A stretch of 39,591 nucleotides of DNA, from NCBI GenBank assembly GCA_038213805.1, contig JBBQSO010000047.1, forward strand, positions 1 through 39,591, read 5' to 3'. The notes under the pieces were generated by a model. That model was not told the origin of the DNA, made no database searches, and saw only the letters and a program-made list of their open reading frames with translations. The translations under genes and the position numbers were made by a program. This DNA is from Planctomycetota bacterium (GTDB taxonomy: Bacteria > Planctomycetota > UBA11346). Positions 18,281-29,497 of the stretch are shown here, piece after piece; within the stretch, counting starts at the first letter, position 1, and every line of letters begins with the position of its first letter.

Positions 18281-19223
18281 CCGTGCCCGTCATCCTCGCC
18301 GTGGTCGGGTCGATCAACAACGACATCGTGGTGCGCTGCGCCGCGCTGCCACGGCCCGGCGAGACGGTCAGCGGGCGCGACCTGCACGAGATCGGCGGCG
18401 GCAAGGGCGCCAACCAGGCGGTGGCAGCCGCGCGCCTGGGCGCGGCCACGGTGATCATCGGCCGCACCGGCGATGACGCGGCCGGGCTGCGTATGCGCGC
18501 GGCGCTCGCCACGGAAGGAGTCGAGGTGCTGGCCGACCTGGTCTCGGTGGGCTGCGCCAGCGGCGTGGCGATCATCGCGGTCGAGGATGGCGGTGAGAAC
18601 TGCATCCTGCTGGTGCCCGGGGCCAACGCGCTGCTGACTCCGGCCGACGTCGCCCGGCACGCGGCGCGCATCCGCGCAGCGCGCGTGCTGCTGCTGCAGC
18701 TCGAAGTGCCGCTCGAAACCGTGCTCGCCGCCGCCGCGGTGGCGCGCGCCGCGGGGGTGCGCGTGCTGCTCGACCCCGCGCCGGCGCCGGCGCGGCTTGA
18801 CCCGGCGCTGCTCACGGTCGACCTGATCTCGCCCAACCGCAGCGAGGCCGAAGCCATCCTCGGCCGCCGCCTGCCGGACAACGCCGCAGCCATCGCCGCC
18901 GCGCGCGATCTGGTGGCGCGCGGCGCTGGCGCGGCGGTCATCACGCTGGGCGCCGCGGGCGCGGCGTGGTGCGCCGACGGCGCCAGCGGGCACCTGCCGG
19001 CGATCCCGGTGCAGGCCATCGACGCCACCGCTGCCGGCGACGCCTTCAAGGCCGCGCTCGCGCTGCGCTGGGCCGAGGGCGCGAGCGTGCCCGAGGCCGC
19101 GCGCTTCGCCCTCGCCGCCGGCGCCCTCGCCGCGAGCCGCGCCGGAGCGCAGCCCAGCCTGCCGCGCCGCGCCGAGGTCGAGGCCCTGCTCGCCACCGCC
19201 TTCCCCACCGTCCGGAGCCAGCC

Positions 19224-19227
<4 letters not shown>
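18277..19227 (+). CDS. rbsK: Ribokinase
   Basis: VVGSINND, GGKGANQAVAAARLG, GENCI..VPGAN, LLQLEVP, PNRSEA, IDATAAGDAF, GAQPSLP; start TTG 18277 or GTG 18283. Confidence 0.9.
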
Positions 19228-20227
<1,000 letters not shown>

Positions 20228-20231
<4 letters not shown>

Positions 20232-21736
20232 ACGAGCTGTTGCTCGAGCTGTCCGGCATCGGCAAGACCTACGCCGCGCCGGTGCTGGCCGGCGTCGACC
20301 TCGCCATCCGCGCCGGCGAGGTGCACGCGCTGCTCGGCGCCAACGGCGCGGGCAAGAGCACGCTCAGCCGCATCATCGCCGGCCTGGTGCCGCCCAGCGC
20401 GGGCACCATGCGCCTGGCCGGGCAGCCCTACGCGCCGGATGGCAAGCACGCCGCCGAGGCCGGCGGCGTACAGATAGTCCAGCAGGAGCTCAACCTCATT
20501 CCAACCCTGTCGGTCGCCGAGAACCTGCTGCTGACGCGCCTGCCGCGGCGCTGGGGCGTGATCGACCGGCGCGCGCTGCGCGCCGCGGCGGCGCGCATCC
20601 TTGCCAGCGCCGGCCTCGCCGCGCTCGACCCGGCGCAGCCGGTATCCGCGCTCGGCGTCGGCCAGCAGCAGTTGGTCGAGATCGCCGGCGCGCTCGCGCG
20701 CACGTGCCGCCTGCTCATCCTCGACGAGCCGACCGCGGCACTAAGCGTCAGCGAGGCCGACGCGCTGCTCGCGCGCGTCGATCAGCTGCGCCGCGCCGGG
20801 GTCGCCATCATCTACATCAGCCACCGTCTGGATGAGGTTGCGCGCATCGCCGACCGCATCACCGTGCTGCGCGACGGCCGCCTGGTGCACAGCGGACCCG
20901 CGGCCGGCATGACCACCACAGAGATGGTGGCGCTGATGAGCGGCGAGACGCAGGCCGCCGCGGGCGGAGCGTGGCGTTCGTACGCCACTGACCGCGTGGT
21001 GCTCGAGGCGGAGGGCCTGGCGCTGCCCCCGCGGCTGCACGCCGGCTCCTTCCGCGTGCGCGCCGGCGAACGGCTCGGCATCGCCGGCCTGGTTGGCGCC
21101 GGGCGCAGCGAACTGCTGCGCGCGGTTTTCGGCGCCGAGCGCGCCAGCGCCGGCACGGTGCGGCTGCGCGGCCGCCCGGTGCGCTTCGCGTCGCCGGCGC
21201 AGGCCGTCGCCAGCGGCCTGGCGCTGATCACCGAGGAGCGCAAGCGCGACGGCGCGCTGCTGCCGCTGTCGGTGCGCGCCAACACCTCGCTTGGCGTGCT
21301 GCCCGCGCGCGCGGGCGTGGTCGCCGGCGCCGCCGAAGCACGCCTGGCGGAGCGCTTCCGGGCGCTGCTCGACACGCGCTGCACGTCGATCGAGCAGCCG
21401 GTCGGCGCGCTCAGCGGCGGCAACCAGCAGAAAGTTGTAATCGCGCGCTGGCTGGCCCGCGACGCGGACATCTACCTCTTTGACGAACCCACGCGCGGCA
21501 TCGACGTCGCGGCGCGCCGGCGCATCCACCAGCTCTTCGCCGAACTCGCCGAGCGTGGCAAGGCCCTGGTCATCGTCTCCAGCGACCTCGACGAGCTGCT
21601 CGAAACCTGCGACGCCATCCACGTGCTCTCGGCGGGGCGCGACGCCGGCACCTTCGCGCGCGGCGACTGGTCGCGCGCGGGACTGATGCAGGCCGCCTTC
21701 CACAACCACCTCGATGCCCCCGTGGAGGTCGCATGA
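20228..21736 (+). CDS. rbsA: Sugar (ribose) ABC transporter ATP-binding protein with two ABC domains
   Basis: GANGAGKST, LILDEPT, YISHRL, second domain LSGGNQQK, FDEPTRGID; GTGA overlap. Confidence 0.88.
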
Positions 21737-22692
21737 GCCGCCTGTGCCTGCCTGCCGCCGCCGTCCCCTACATCGGCATGGGCGGCGCCCTACTCGGACT
21801 CGTGACGATCTTCGCCTGCGCCAGCCCGACCTTCGCCAGCGCCGCGACCGCGACCGCCATCGCCAACCAGATCCCCGACCTGGTCGTGGTGGCGGTGGGC
21901 ATGACGCTGGTGCTGATCGTCGGCGGCATCGACCTTTCGGTGGGCTCACTGCTGGCGCTGTCGGCGGCGGTGCTCGGTGTGCTGTTGGTGCGGGCGCACG
22001 CGCCGCTCGCGGTGGCGGTGCCGGCGGCGCTAGTCACCGGCGCGCTCGCCGGTACGGTCAGCGGTGCGATCAGCGCATGGGCGCGCATACCGTCGTTCAT
22101 CGTCACGCTCGGTATGCTTGAAGCCGCGCGCGGCGGCGCCTACTTGATCACCGATTCGCAGACCTGCTACGTCGGCGCCGTGGTCGAATGGATCGGCGCG
22201 CCGCTGCCGGGCCTGCGTCTGTCACCAGCGGTGCTGACCGCCCTGGCGATGGTCGCCGCCGGGCAGCTGCTGCTGACGCGCACGGTCTTCGGTCGCCACC
22301 TGGTGGCGATCGGCACCAACGCCGAGGCGGTGCGCATGGCCGGCATCCGCACCGCACCCTACGTGATCGCGGTGTTCGCGCTCAGCGGCGCGCTGTGCGG
22401 CCTGGGCGCGGTGATGCAGACCGCGCGCCTGTCGACCGCCGATCCCAACGCCGCGGTCGGCCTTGAACTGTCCGCGATCGCCGCCTGCGTGATTGGCGGC
22501 ACCAGCCTGCTCGGCGGGCGCGGCTCGGTGGTCGCGACCTGTTTCGGCGTGCTGATCATCGCCGTGCTGCAGACCGGTCTCGCCCAGGTCGGCTCCTCCG
22601 AGCCACTCAAGCGCGTCATCACCGGCGCGGTCATCGTCGCGGCGGTGCTGCTCGACGCCCTGCGCACGAGGATGTCGCGCGCTGCGAGCTGA
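21733..22692 (+). CDS. rbsC: Sugar (ribose) ABC transporter permease
   Basis: GMTLVLIVGGIDLSVGS, IPSFIVTLGM, TVFGRHLVAIGTN, ELSAIAACVIGGTSLLGG. Confidence 0.88.
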   Translation: MSRLCLPAAAVPYIGMGGALLGLVTIFACASPTFASAATATAIANQIPDLVVVAVGMTLVLIVGGIDLSVGSLLALSAAVLGVLLVRAHAPLAVAVPAALVTGALAGTVSGAISAWARIPSFIVTLGMLEAARGGAYLITDSQTCYVGAVVEWIGAPLPGLRLSPAVLTALAMVAAGQLLLTRTVFGRHLVAIGTNAEAVRMAGIRTAPYVIAVFALSGALCGLGAVMQTARLSTADPNAAVGLELSAIAACVIGGTSLLGGRGSVVATCFGVLIIAVLQTGLAQVGSSEPLKRVITGAVIVAAVLLDALRTRMSRAAS

Positions 22693-22705
22693 CTGACATC
22701 CATAG

Positions 22706-22839
22706 GAGGCGCGGAGACGCGGAGGCTTGAGGAGGAAGCCGCCGTGTCTCGGACGCTACAGGTCCGAGCTCGGATCCTCGCAAGCGGTAGGAGCGAGCAC
22801 GCTCCTTCTCCTCCTCCGATCTCCGCGTCTCCGCGCCTC
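22706..22839. repeat. Intergenic element with perfect 19-bp terminal inverted repeats built from 8-mer units
   Basis: GAGGCGCGGAGACGCGGAG (22706-22724) and CTCCGCGTCTCCGCGCCTC (22821-22839), plus inner GAGGAG/CTCCTC pairing; lies between convergent genes. Confidence 0.75.
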
Positions 22840-22883
22840 TTGTCCTTTCCTGTCTTTGCCCGGCCTTCGCCGCGCTGCTGAGG

Positions 22884-24290
22884 TCAGACTGCCCAGGACG
22901 GCCGATACACCGGCTTGACCAGCGCGTCGGCCGCCGCGTCGCCGAAGCTCATCGCCGCGGCGTTCCACGCGAGCTTGCGGCCCGGGCAGCGCTGGGCGAT
23001 GGTGCCAAGCAAGCAGGTCTCGGTCAGCTTTGCACCGATCGCGAAGGACGAGAAGGTCGGCGCGCCGCCGCGGATGGCGTCGACCCATTCCTGGTAGTGG
23101 CCCTTGCCCGCGCGCGGCAGGCTGACCGGCACGGCCAGCGCCGCGGCGTGCGCGCTGGCGGCGGTCAGGGTCTTCTCGCCCTTCAGCGCGATGAACAGTT
23201 TGGTGTTGTAGTCGTCGGTGCTGAAGATCCAGCCGGCGTCGCCGACCAGCAGCAGGCCGCTGCCGCCGAGCGGGCCGAGCGCCTTGACCGCATCGGGGAT
23301 GACGTCCGCCGGTGGCTTGGTGCCGCCGTCGTACCACCACAGCGTCGTCGCCGCCAGGCCGCTGCGCTCCTTGAAGGCGAAGCGCACCGTCGAGGCGTGC
23401 GGGAAGGTCTCGGGCATATGGTCGGAGGTGGTCACGCCCTCGATCTCATACGGATCGGCGAGCTGCAACGCGCGGAACGGCAGGTTGAGGGTGTGGCAGC
23501 CCATGTCGCCGAAGGCGCCGCAGCCGAAATCGTACCAGCCACGCCAGTTGAAGGTGTGGTAGACCTTCTCCTTGAAGGGGCGCTCCGGGGCCACGCCCAG
23601 CCAGCCGTCCCAGTTGAGGAAATCGGGGACGGGGTCCGCACCTTCGGGACGGGCGATACCCTGTGGCCACACCGGGCGGTTGGTCCAGGCGTGCACCTCG
23701 CGCACTGCGCCGATCAGTCCGGAGCGCACGATCTCGATGCCGTGGCGCATGTCGGACGAAGCGCTGCCCTGGTTGCCCATCTGCGTGACCAGACCCTTGG
23801 CGCTGGCCAGTCCACTCAGGCGGCGTGCCTCGCCGATGGTGCGGGTCAGCGGCTTCTCGCAGTAGACGTGCAGGCCGCGCGCCATCGCCGCGACCGCCAC
23901 CGGCGCGTGCATGTGGTCGGGCGTGCTGATCATCACCGCGTGCAGGTCGGGCTCGCCGGCCAGCAGCTCGCGGTAGTCGCGGTAGCGGCGCGGCTGCGCC
24001 GCACCCGGCACCTTCTTGAGCAGCGCCGCCATCGCCCCGTCGATCTTGTGCGCGTCGACATCGCAGAACGCGACCACGCTCTCGCCGGTGCCAAGGATGC
24101 CATCGAGGTTGGCCATGCCCTTGCCCCCGGAGCCGACCATGCCCACGCGCAGCGTGCCGCCGCCGGCCGCGCGACCATCACCGCAGCCGGTGAGCAGGCC
24201 GTTCGACACCGCCAACGCGCCGGTGCCGAGGGCGGCGTTGCGGATGAAAGCGCGGCGGGTGAGGGACGAGGGGCGCTGGCGGCTGGTCAT
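22884..24290 (-). CDS. Tat-exported Gfo/Idh/MocA-family oxidoreductase
   Basis: TRRAFI twin-Arg signal with LLTGC lipobox; VGMVGSGGKG, STPDHMHA, YCEKPL, QMGNQG, GDMGCH. Confidence 0.92.
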   Translation of the reverse strand: MTSRQRPSSLTRRAFIRNAALGTGALAVSNGLLTGCGDGRAAGGGTLRVGMVGSGGKGMANLDGILGTGESVVAFCDVDAHKIDGAMAALLKKVPGAAQPRRYRDYRELLAGEPDLHAVMISTPDHMHAPVAVAAMARGLHVYCEKPLTRTIGEARRLSGLASAKGLVTQMGNQGSASSDMRHGIEIVRSGLIGAVREVHAWTNRPVWPQGIARPEGADPVPDFLNWDGWLGVAPERPFKEKVYHTFNWRGWYDFGCGAFGDMGCHTLNLPFRALQLADPYEIEGVTTSDHMPETFPHASTVRFAFKERSGLAATTLWWYDGGTKPPADVIPDAVKALGPLGGSGLLLVGDAGWIFSTDDYNTKLFIALKGEKTLTAASAHAAALAVPVSLPRAGKGHYQEWVDAIRGGAPTFSSFAIGAKLTETCLLGTIAQRCPGRKLAWNAAAMSFGDAAADALVKPVYRPSWAV

Positions 24291-24732
24291 GAGGATGCTC
24301 CGGTCGATGGTGCAGGATTCCACGAGGTCGGCAGTGTGCGCCGGCTGGGAGACAGAGACGGGAAAGGGTCATACTAGGTCAGGATCGTGCTGTTGAGGGC
24401 GAATGATGTCTCGCAGCGGGACGCACCATCGTGCCATGCGCGAGCGCAGCACGCCCTCCGCCGCAGATGCTCGCGGCCGACACGTCCCGTCCTATTCAGC
24501 GTGAGTTCCCAGATATGAACGACCTAACCATGACGACCATGCGGATACGATGGGGACGATCCTGCCAACCTCCTCATCCTGGAAGTTCGCTGCGCAACTC
24601 ACCATGAACGTCGGCGATTCACGACCAGGTCTTCCGCTATTTCTCCGGATAGGGGTGATGATGGCGTCGCCATTCCTATCCCATACCGCATGACCCGCTC
24701 CCTGCCGTGAAACACGGTACCGCACGCGCGGC

Positions 24733-24960
24733 TCAGGGATGCAGGTGCCAATCGAGAAACTCGAGCGCCAGCGCCCACGCGTGTTCGCCGGCTGCGCCAC
24801 CGAAACCGTGCCCGGCGCTGGGGATGATCTCCAGGTGCTCCTCGACTCTGGCTGCGCGTCGCGCCTCTCGCAGGCGCCGTCCCTGCGTCACCGGCACCAG
24901 CGTGTCGGCCGCACCGTGCAGGGTCAGGACGGGCGCGTCCTTGGCCAGGTGAGCGCGTTG
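24733..24960 (-). pseudogene. C-terminal remnant of an alpha/beta-hydrolase
   Basis: HLAKDAPVLTLHGAADTLVPVTQG...IIPSAGHGF...LEFLDWHL has the catalytic Asp/His region, but there is no upstream GxSxG domain. Confidence 0.7.
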
Positions 24961-25220
24961 ACCCTGACCGCGGCTATTCCCGGCGCCCGTCGGCGCTGGG
25001 GTCACGATGCCTGACGTTGCGGGTGCGGCCACATATTCAGGGGCACTTGGCGATTGTTACGACCTCGCCCAATCCCTTGCGGCAAGCAACGTGGGATCAC
25101 TGGACCTCGCCTCGCGATCGTGATCGCGCCCGCATCCGACGACGCGGACCGCGATCGCACGCTCGCCATCAAGGGCCGGCGCCGGTCCTGGGGTTCCCAC
25201 CCGTCGCCACGCCCACCCCC

Positions 25221-26582
25221 TCAGTTGTACGCGACCTCGCCATGCTGCACGTAATCCAGCCCATTTTCCTCGTCCGCCTCGTCCACGCGCAGGCCGACCA
25301 TGAGGTCGACCACTTTCAGCACCAGCGCCGTACCCACCGCCGAGATCACCGCAGTCAGGGCCATACAGCCGACCTGCACCCCGATCTGCCCGGCCCAGTC
25401 ATGGTCGCCGGCGAAGCCGGTGCCGCCAAGGCAGGTGGGCGCGAACACCGCGGTGAGCACCAGGCCGACCATGCCGCCGATGCCGTGCACGCCGAAGACA
25501 TCGAGCGCATCATCGTAGGCGAAATATTTCTTCACCCGCGTCACTACCAGGAAGCTGGCGCCGCCGGCGGCCACGCCGATGGCGAGGGCGCCGAGCGGCC
25601 CGACCGTGCCGCACGCCGGGGTGATGCCGACCAGCCCGGCCACCGCGCCGGTGACCACGCCGAGCGCACCTGGTTTGCGGTGCTTCCACCACTCGATCGC
25701 CATCCATGTGCAGCCCGCCGCAGCCGCTGCGATCTGGGTGGTGAGCGCCGCGCGCGCCGCCAGACCATCGGCCGCGTACGCACTGCCGGCATTGAAGCCG
25801 AACCAGCCGACCCACAGCATGCACGCGCCCGAGATGCACATCGCCGAGTTGTGCGGCAGCATCGGTTCTTTCGGGAAGCCCAGGCGGCGCCCGACCATCA
25901 GACAGCAGATCAGCCCGGCCACGCCGGAGTTGACCTCCACCACCGTGCCGCCCGCGAGATCCTGCAGGCCCCACAGGCCGCCCATCAGCGACCCGGGCCC
26001 GGCCCAGGCCATGTGGCAGATCGGGATGTAGACCACGGTCAGCCACAGCGCGCTGACCAACATCACGGCGCTGAATTTCATGCGTTCGGCGAAGGCGCCG
26101 ATAAGCAGCGCCGGAGTGATGATCGCGAAGGTCATCTGGAAGAGCACGAACACCGGCTCGGGGATGGTCGGCGCCTGATCGGCAATGCTATCAGGGGTGA
26201 CGCCGAGCAGACAGACCTTATCGAGCGTGCCGATGAAGGCATGCCAGCCGAACCCGGCTCCGCTCGGGCCGGCAAAGGCCAGGGAGTACCCATAGACCAC
26301 CCACAGCACGGTCACCAGGCAGGTCACCGCGAAGCACTGGGTGAAGATGGTCAGCACGTTCTTGGTGCGCACCAGGCCACCGTAGAACAGCGCCAGACCC
26401 GGGATGGTCATGAACAGCACGAGTGCGGATGCGACCAGCATCCAGGCCGTATCCCCCCCTTTGATAAGCGGATGCGTACTGACAGCAGTGGCCTGCGCGA
26501 GCGGTTCCGCGGCCGAGGCCGCAGCAAGCATGGGAAGAGGGAGGATGCGCGCCGCGCGCGCCGCGACCGATGACCAGGCCAT
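25221..26582 (-). CDS. amtB: Ammonium transporter (Amt family)
   Basis: AAAGGA RBS; GDTAWMLVASALVLFMTIPGLALFYGG, FQMTFAIIT, DLAGGTVVEVNSG, WVGWFGFNAGS, DDALDVFGVHG, GLDYVQHGE. Confidence 0.95.
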   Translation of the reverse strand: MAWSSVAARAARILPLPMLAAASAAEPLAQATAVSTHPLIKGGDTAWMLVASALVLFMTIPGLALFYGGLVRTKNVLTIFTQCFAVTCLVTVLWVVYGYSLAFAGPSGAGFGWHAFIGTLDKVCLLGVTPDSIADQAPTIPEPVFVLFQMTFAIITPALLIGAFAERMKFSAVMLVSALWLTVVYIPICHMAWAGPGSLMGGLWGLQDLAGGTVVEVNSGVAGLICCLMVGRRLGFPKEPMLPHNSAMCISGACMLWVGWFGFNAGSAYAADGLAARAALTTQIAAAAAGCTWMAIEWWKHRKPGALGVVTGAVAGLVGITPACGTVGPLGALAIGVAAGGASFLVVTRVKKYFAYDDALDVFGVHGIGGMVGLVLTAVFAPTCLGGTGFAGDHDWAGQIGVQVGCMALTAVISAVGTALVLKVVDLMVGLRVDEADEENGLDYVQHGEVAYN

Positions 26583-26927
26583 GCAGATCCTTTCAGATGG
26601 AGGCGGGAGGGTGGCTTAAGGGGTCAGGCCGGGTGTAAAGGGGATAAGCAATATTTCCGCAGAAAGTGCATCATTCTACAGCAGTGGATCGTGGCGGGCG
26701 ATCCGCCCGACACGGTGCGTGGGCCCTGCTCGCGCGGTAGCCCGTACCAGGCATGCGCCGTGGGCCCTCGGGGCTCCCTACGCTCTTCTCCTTGGTGACT
26801 GCTCGCTCCTCGCCGCTCGCTGCACTCCTTCACCGCGCACCAGGTGCCCCAGTAGCATCCCTACAGCGCCGCCTACCCACGCGCCGTACTACTCCACACC
26901 GCGAACCAGCCCTCCTCCAAGGCGATC

Positions 26928-27779
26928 ATGGACCGCTTCGCCATCCCCGAGACCGCCATCGCCGCCTTCGAGCGCGTTCACGACGTGCTCATCACCCTGC
27001 ACGACTTCAACGGCCGGCTGCAGCCGCGCCTGGCGGTGACGCGCAGCTACCACCGCCACCCGCTGTGCCACGCGGCCAAGGCGCGCGACCAGGGGCACGC
27101 CTGCCTGGCCTTCGACCAGGCCGATCTGCACGCCCTGGCGCCGCTGCGCCCGGACGGCTTCGTGCAGCGCTGCCACGCCGGCCTGGTCGAGGTGGTGGTG
27201 CCGCTGCGCCACCGCGGCGCGGTGGTCGGCGTGCTCAACGCGGGTCCGCGCGGCGAGGGCGGCCTGGGCGGCGTGCTTGGACGTACCGCGCCGCGCACGC
27301 CCGGCATCCCCGCACCGCGCCTGCCCGGCTGGACGCCCGAGCAGGCGCTGACCGTGCTCGAGTGCCTGCGCCAGCTCGCCAGCCGCCTCGCCGCCTGGTT
27401 GGAAGAGGTCGACGGCGACCGCACCATCACCGCGCGCGACCGGCGCGGGCGCATCCTCCACCTCGTCCGCCAGCGCGCGCAGCACGGACTCACCCTCGGC
27501 CAGCTCGCAGCCGAGCTGCGGCTGAGCGTCGACCGCGCGGGCCACGTGGTGCGCGAGGAGTTCGGCATGTCCTTCCTCGACCTGCTCGCCGGGCATCGCC
27601 TGGAGCAGGCCGCGGCCATGCTCGGCAGCAGCGACCTGCCCATCGCCACCGTCGCCGGCCACTGCGGGTTCGGCGATCTCTCGGCGTTTCACCGGCGCTT
27701 CCGCGCGCGTTTTGGCCTCACGCCGGCGCGCTACCGCACAGCGCGCCAGCCGCCGCACGGCCCCGCTGCGGAGGTGTAA
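26928..27779 (+). CDS. AraC-family regulator with PocR-like sensor domain
   Basis: N-terminal C..C..RCHAGLVEVVVPL..VVGVLNAG (PocR-like); C-terminal RLEQAAAML..IATVAGHCGFGDLSAFHRRFRARFGLTPARYR. Confidence 0.88.
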   Translation: MDRFAIPETAIAAFERVHDVLITLHDFNGRLQPRLAVTRSYHRHPLCHAAKARDQGHACLAFDQADLHALAPLRPDGFVQRCHAGLVEVVVPLRHRGAVVGVLNAGPRGEGGLGGVLGRTAPRTPGIPAPRLPGWTPEQALTVLECLRQLASRLAAWLEEVDGDRTITARDRRGRILHLVRQRAQHGLTLGQLAAELRLSVDRAGHVVREEFGMSFLDLLAGHRLEQAAAMLGSSDLPIATVAGHCGFGDLSAFHRRFRARFGLTPARYRTARQPPHGPAAEV

Positions 27780-27786
27780 GCTTCTC

Positions 27787-27850
27787 GCAGCAGATCCACC
27801 CATGTCCGCAGCCGATCCGCCCATGCGGCACAGCGCCCAACGGGTACACT
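27787..27850 (+). promoter_or_regulatory. Probable AraC-activated promoter of the FAD oxidoreductase gene
   Basis: Direct repeats GCAGCAGATCCACCCATG (27787-27804) and GCAGCCGATCCGCCCATG (27808-27825) with a 21-bp period, followed by -10-like TACACT (27845-27850). Confidence 0.65.
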
Positions 27851-27872
27851 GATGGCATCCTCCGGAGCCCGC

Positions 27873-29492
27873 ATGTACCGAACGGCCATCGTCCCCGCCC
27901 TGACCCTCGCATGGCTGCTGCTACCGGCGGCCTGGGGCGCCGACTCGGCGACCGACCCCTACGCTGAATTGCACTACTGGTACCCGCTGCCCAAGACGGC
28001 GAAGCCGGCGGTGATCGCGGTCGACGTGTGCGTTTACGGCGCCACCCCGGCCGGTGTGACCGCGGCCATCCAGGCGACGCGTATGGGCAAGTCGTCGTCC
28101 CTGGTGGAATTCAGCCGCCACGTCGGCGGACTGACCTCGTCCGGGCTGTCGGCGACCGACGGCGGCAACGCCATCGGCGGGTTGGCGCTGGAGTTCTACA
28201 AAGGACTGGGCAAACGCCGCGGTTTCCTGCCGGCCGAGGCCGAGGCGCGCTTTCGCGCCATGCTGAGCGAGGCCAAGGTGCAGCTGCTCACCGAGCACCG
28301 CCTGAGCGGCGTCAGCAAGGACGGCGCTACGCTCACCGCCATCGACTGCGAGAACGGCGACCGCGTGCAGGCGCGCATGTTCATCGATGCCACGTACGAG
28401 GGCGACCTGCTGGCGCGCGCCGGCGTCGCCTTCACGGTCGGCCGCGAAGCCAACGCCCAGTACGGCGAAACCCTCGACGGCGTGCAGAAGCCGGGCGCGC
28501 ACAACTTCACGCGCGCGGTCGATCCGTTTGTGAAGCCGGGCGACGCCACCTCGGGCCTGCTGCCGGGCATCACCAATCCCGCCGCCGACGCGCCGGGCGC
28601 GCACGGCACGGGCGACCGGCGCATCCAGGCCTACAATTTCCGCATGTTCCTGGCGAAGATGCCGGACGCCTTCCCCTTTCCAAAGCCGCCCGGCTACGAC
28701 ACGGGGCGCTACGAATTGCTGCTGCGCTACCTCCAAGCGGGCGCCGAGGGCGGGCCGGAGCTGCACGATGTCATGCAGCTGCACGTGGGCGACTCCAACA
28801 ACAACGGCGGCTTCTCGACTGACGACATCGGCATGAATTACGACTGGCCAGAAGCCGACTACGCCAAGCGCGAGACGATCTACCAGGAGCACGTCACCTA
28901 CCAGCAGGGCATGATGTGGTTCCTGGCCAACGACCCGCGCGTGCCCGAGGGCATCCGCGCCAAGGTCGCGGGCTACGGGCTCGACAAGCGCAGCTTCCCC
29001 GCCACCGGCGGCTGGCCGCATGCGCTGTACGTGCGCGAGGCGCGGCGCATGGTCGCGGACTACGTGATGACCGAGCACGACTGCCGCGGTCAGACCGTCG
29101 CCGCGGACGCCGTCGGCCTGGGCGAGTACAACATGGACTCGCACAACACCCAGCGCTTCGTCGACCGCAGCGGTGCCAAGCCGGTGGCGCGGAACGAAGG
29201 CGACGTCCAGGTCGGCGTGCCGGGCTCGTACCCCATCGCTTACCGCGCGATCGTGCCCAAGTCCGGCACGTGCACAAACCTAGTGGTGCCGGTGTGCCTG
29301 TCGGCCACGCACATCGCCTACGGCTCGATCCGCATGGAGCCGGTATTCATGGTCCTCGGCCAGTCCGCCGGCACCGCCGCGGCCCTCGCGCTCGACGCCA
29401 GGATCGCGGTACAGGCGCTCGATTATGCCACGCTGCGCGCGCGCCTCGACCAGGATGGGCAGCTGCTGACGCCGACGCTGCATAAGAAGTAG
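27873..29492 (+). CDS. Secreted FAD-dependent oxidoreductase (FAD_oxidored-type)
   Basis: Signal peptide; DVCVYGATPAGVTAAIQA dinucleotide fold, FIDATYEGDL, LYVREARRM, SATHIAYGSIRMEPVFMVLGQSAG. Confidence 0.88.
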   Translation: MYRTAIVPALTLAWLLLPAAWGADSATDPYAELHYWYPLPKTAKPAVIAVDVCVYGATPAGVTAAIQATRMGKSSSLVEFSRHVGGLTSSGLSATDGGNAIGGLALEFYKGLGKRRGFLPAEAEARFRAMLSEAKVQLLTEHRLSGVSKDGATLTAIDCENGDRVQARMFIDATYEGDLLARAGVAFTVGREANAQYGETLDGVQKPGAHNFTRAVDPFVKPGDATSGLLPGITNPAADAPGAHGTGDRRIQAYNFRMFLAKMPDAFPFPKPPGYDTGRYELLLRYLQAGAEGGPELHDVMQLHVGDSNNNGGFSTDDIGMNYDWPEADYAKRETIYQEHVTYQQGMMWFLANDPRVPEGIRAKVAGYGLDKRSFPATGGWPHALYVREARRMVADYVMTEHDCRGQTVAADAVGLGEYNMDSHNTQRFVDRSGAKPVARNEGDVQVGVPGSYPIAYRAIVPKSGTCTNLVVPVCLSATHIAYGSIRMEPVFMVLGQSAGTAAALALDARIAVQALDYATLRARLDQDGQLLTPTLHKK

Positions 29493-29497
29493 AGCGG

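Noticed and set aside
26640..26680. Possible sigma-54 or NtrC site upstream of amtB
   Set aside because: GG-to-GC spacing is 7 rather than 10, and there is no complete TGCAC-N7-GTGCA dyad.
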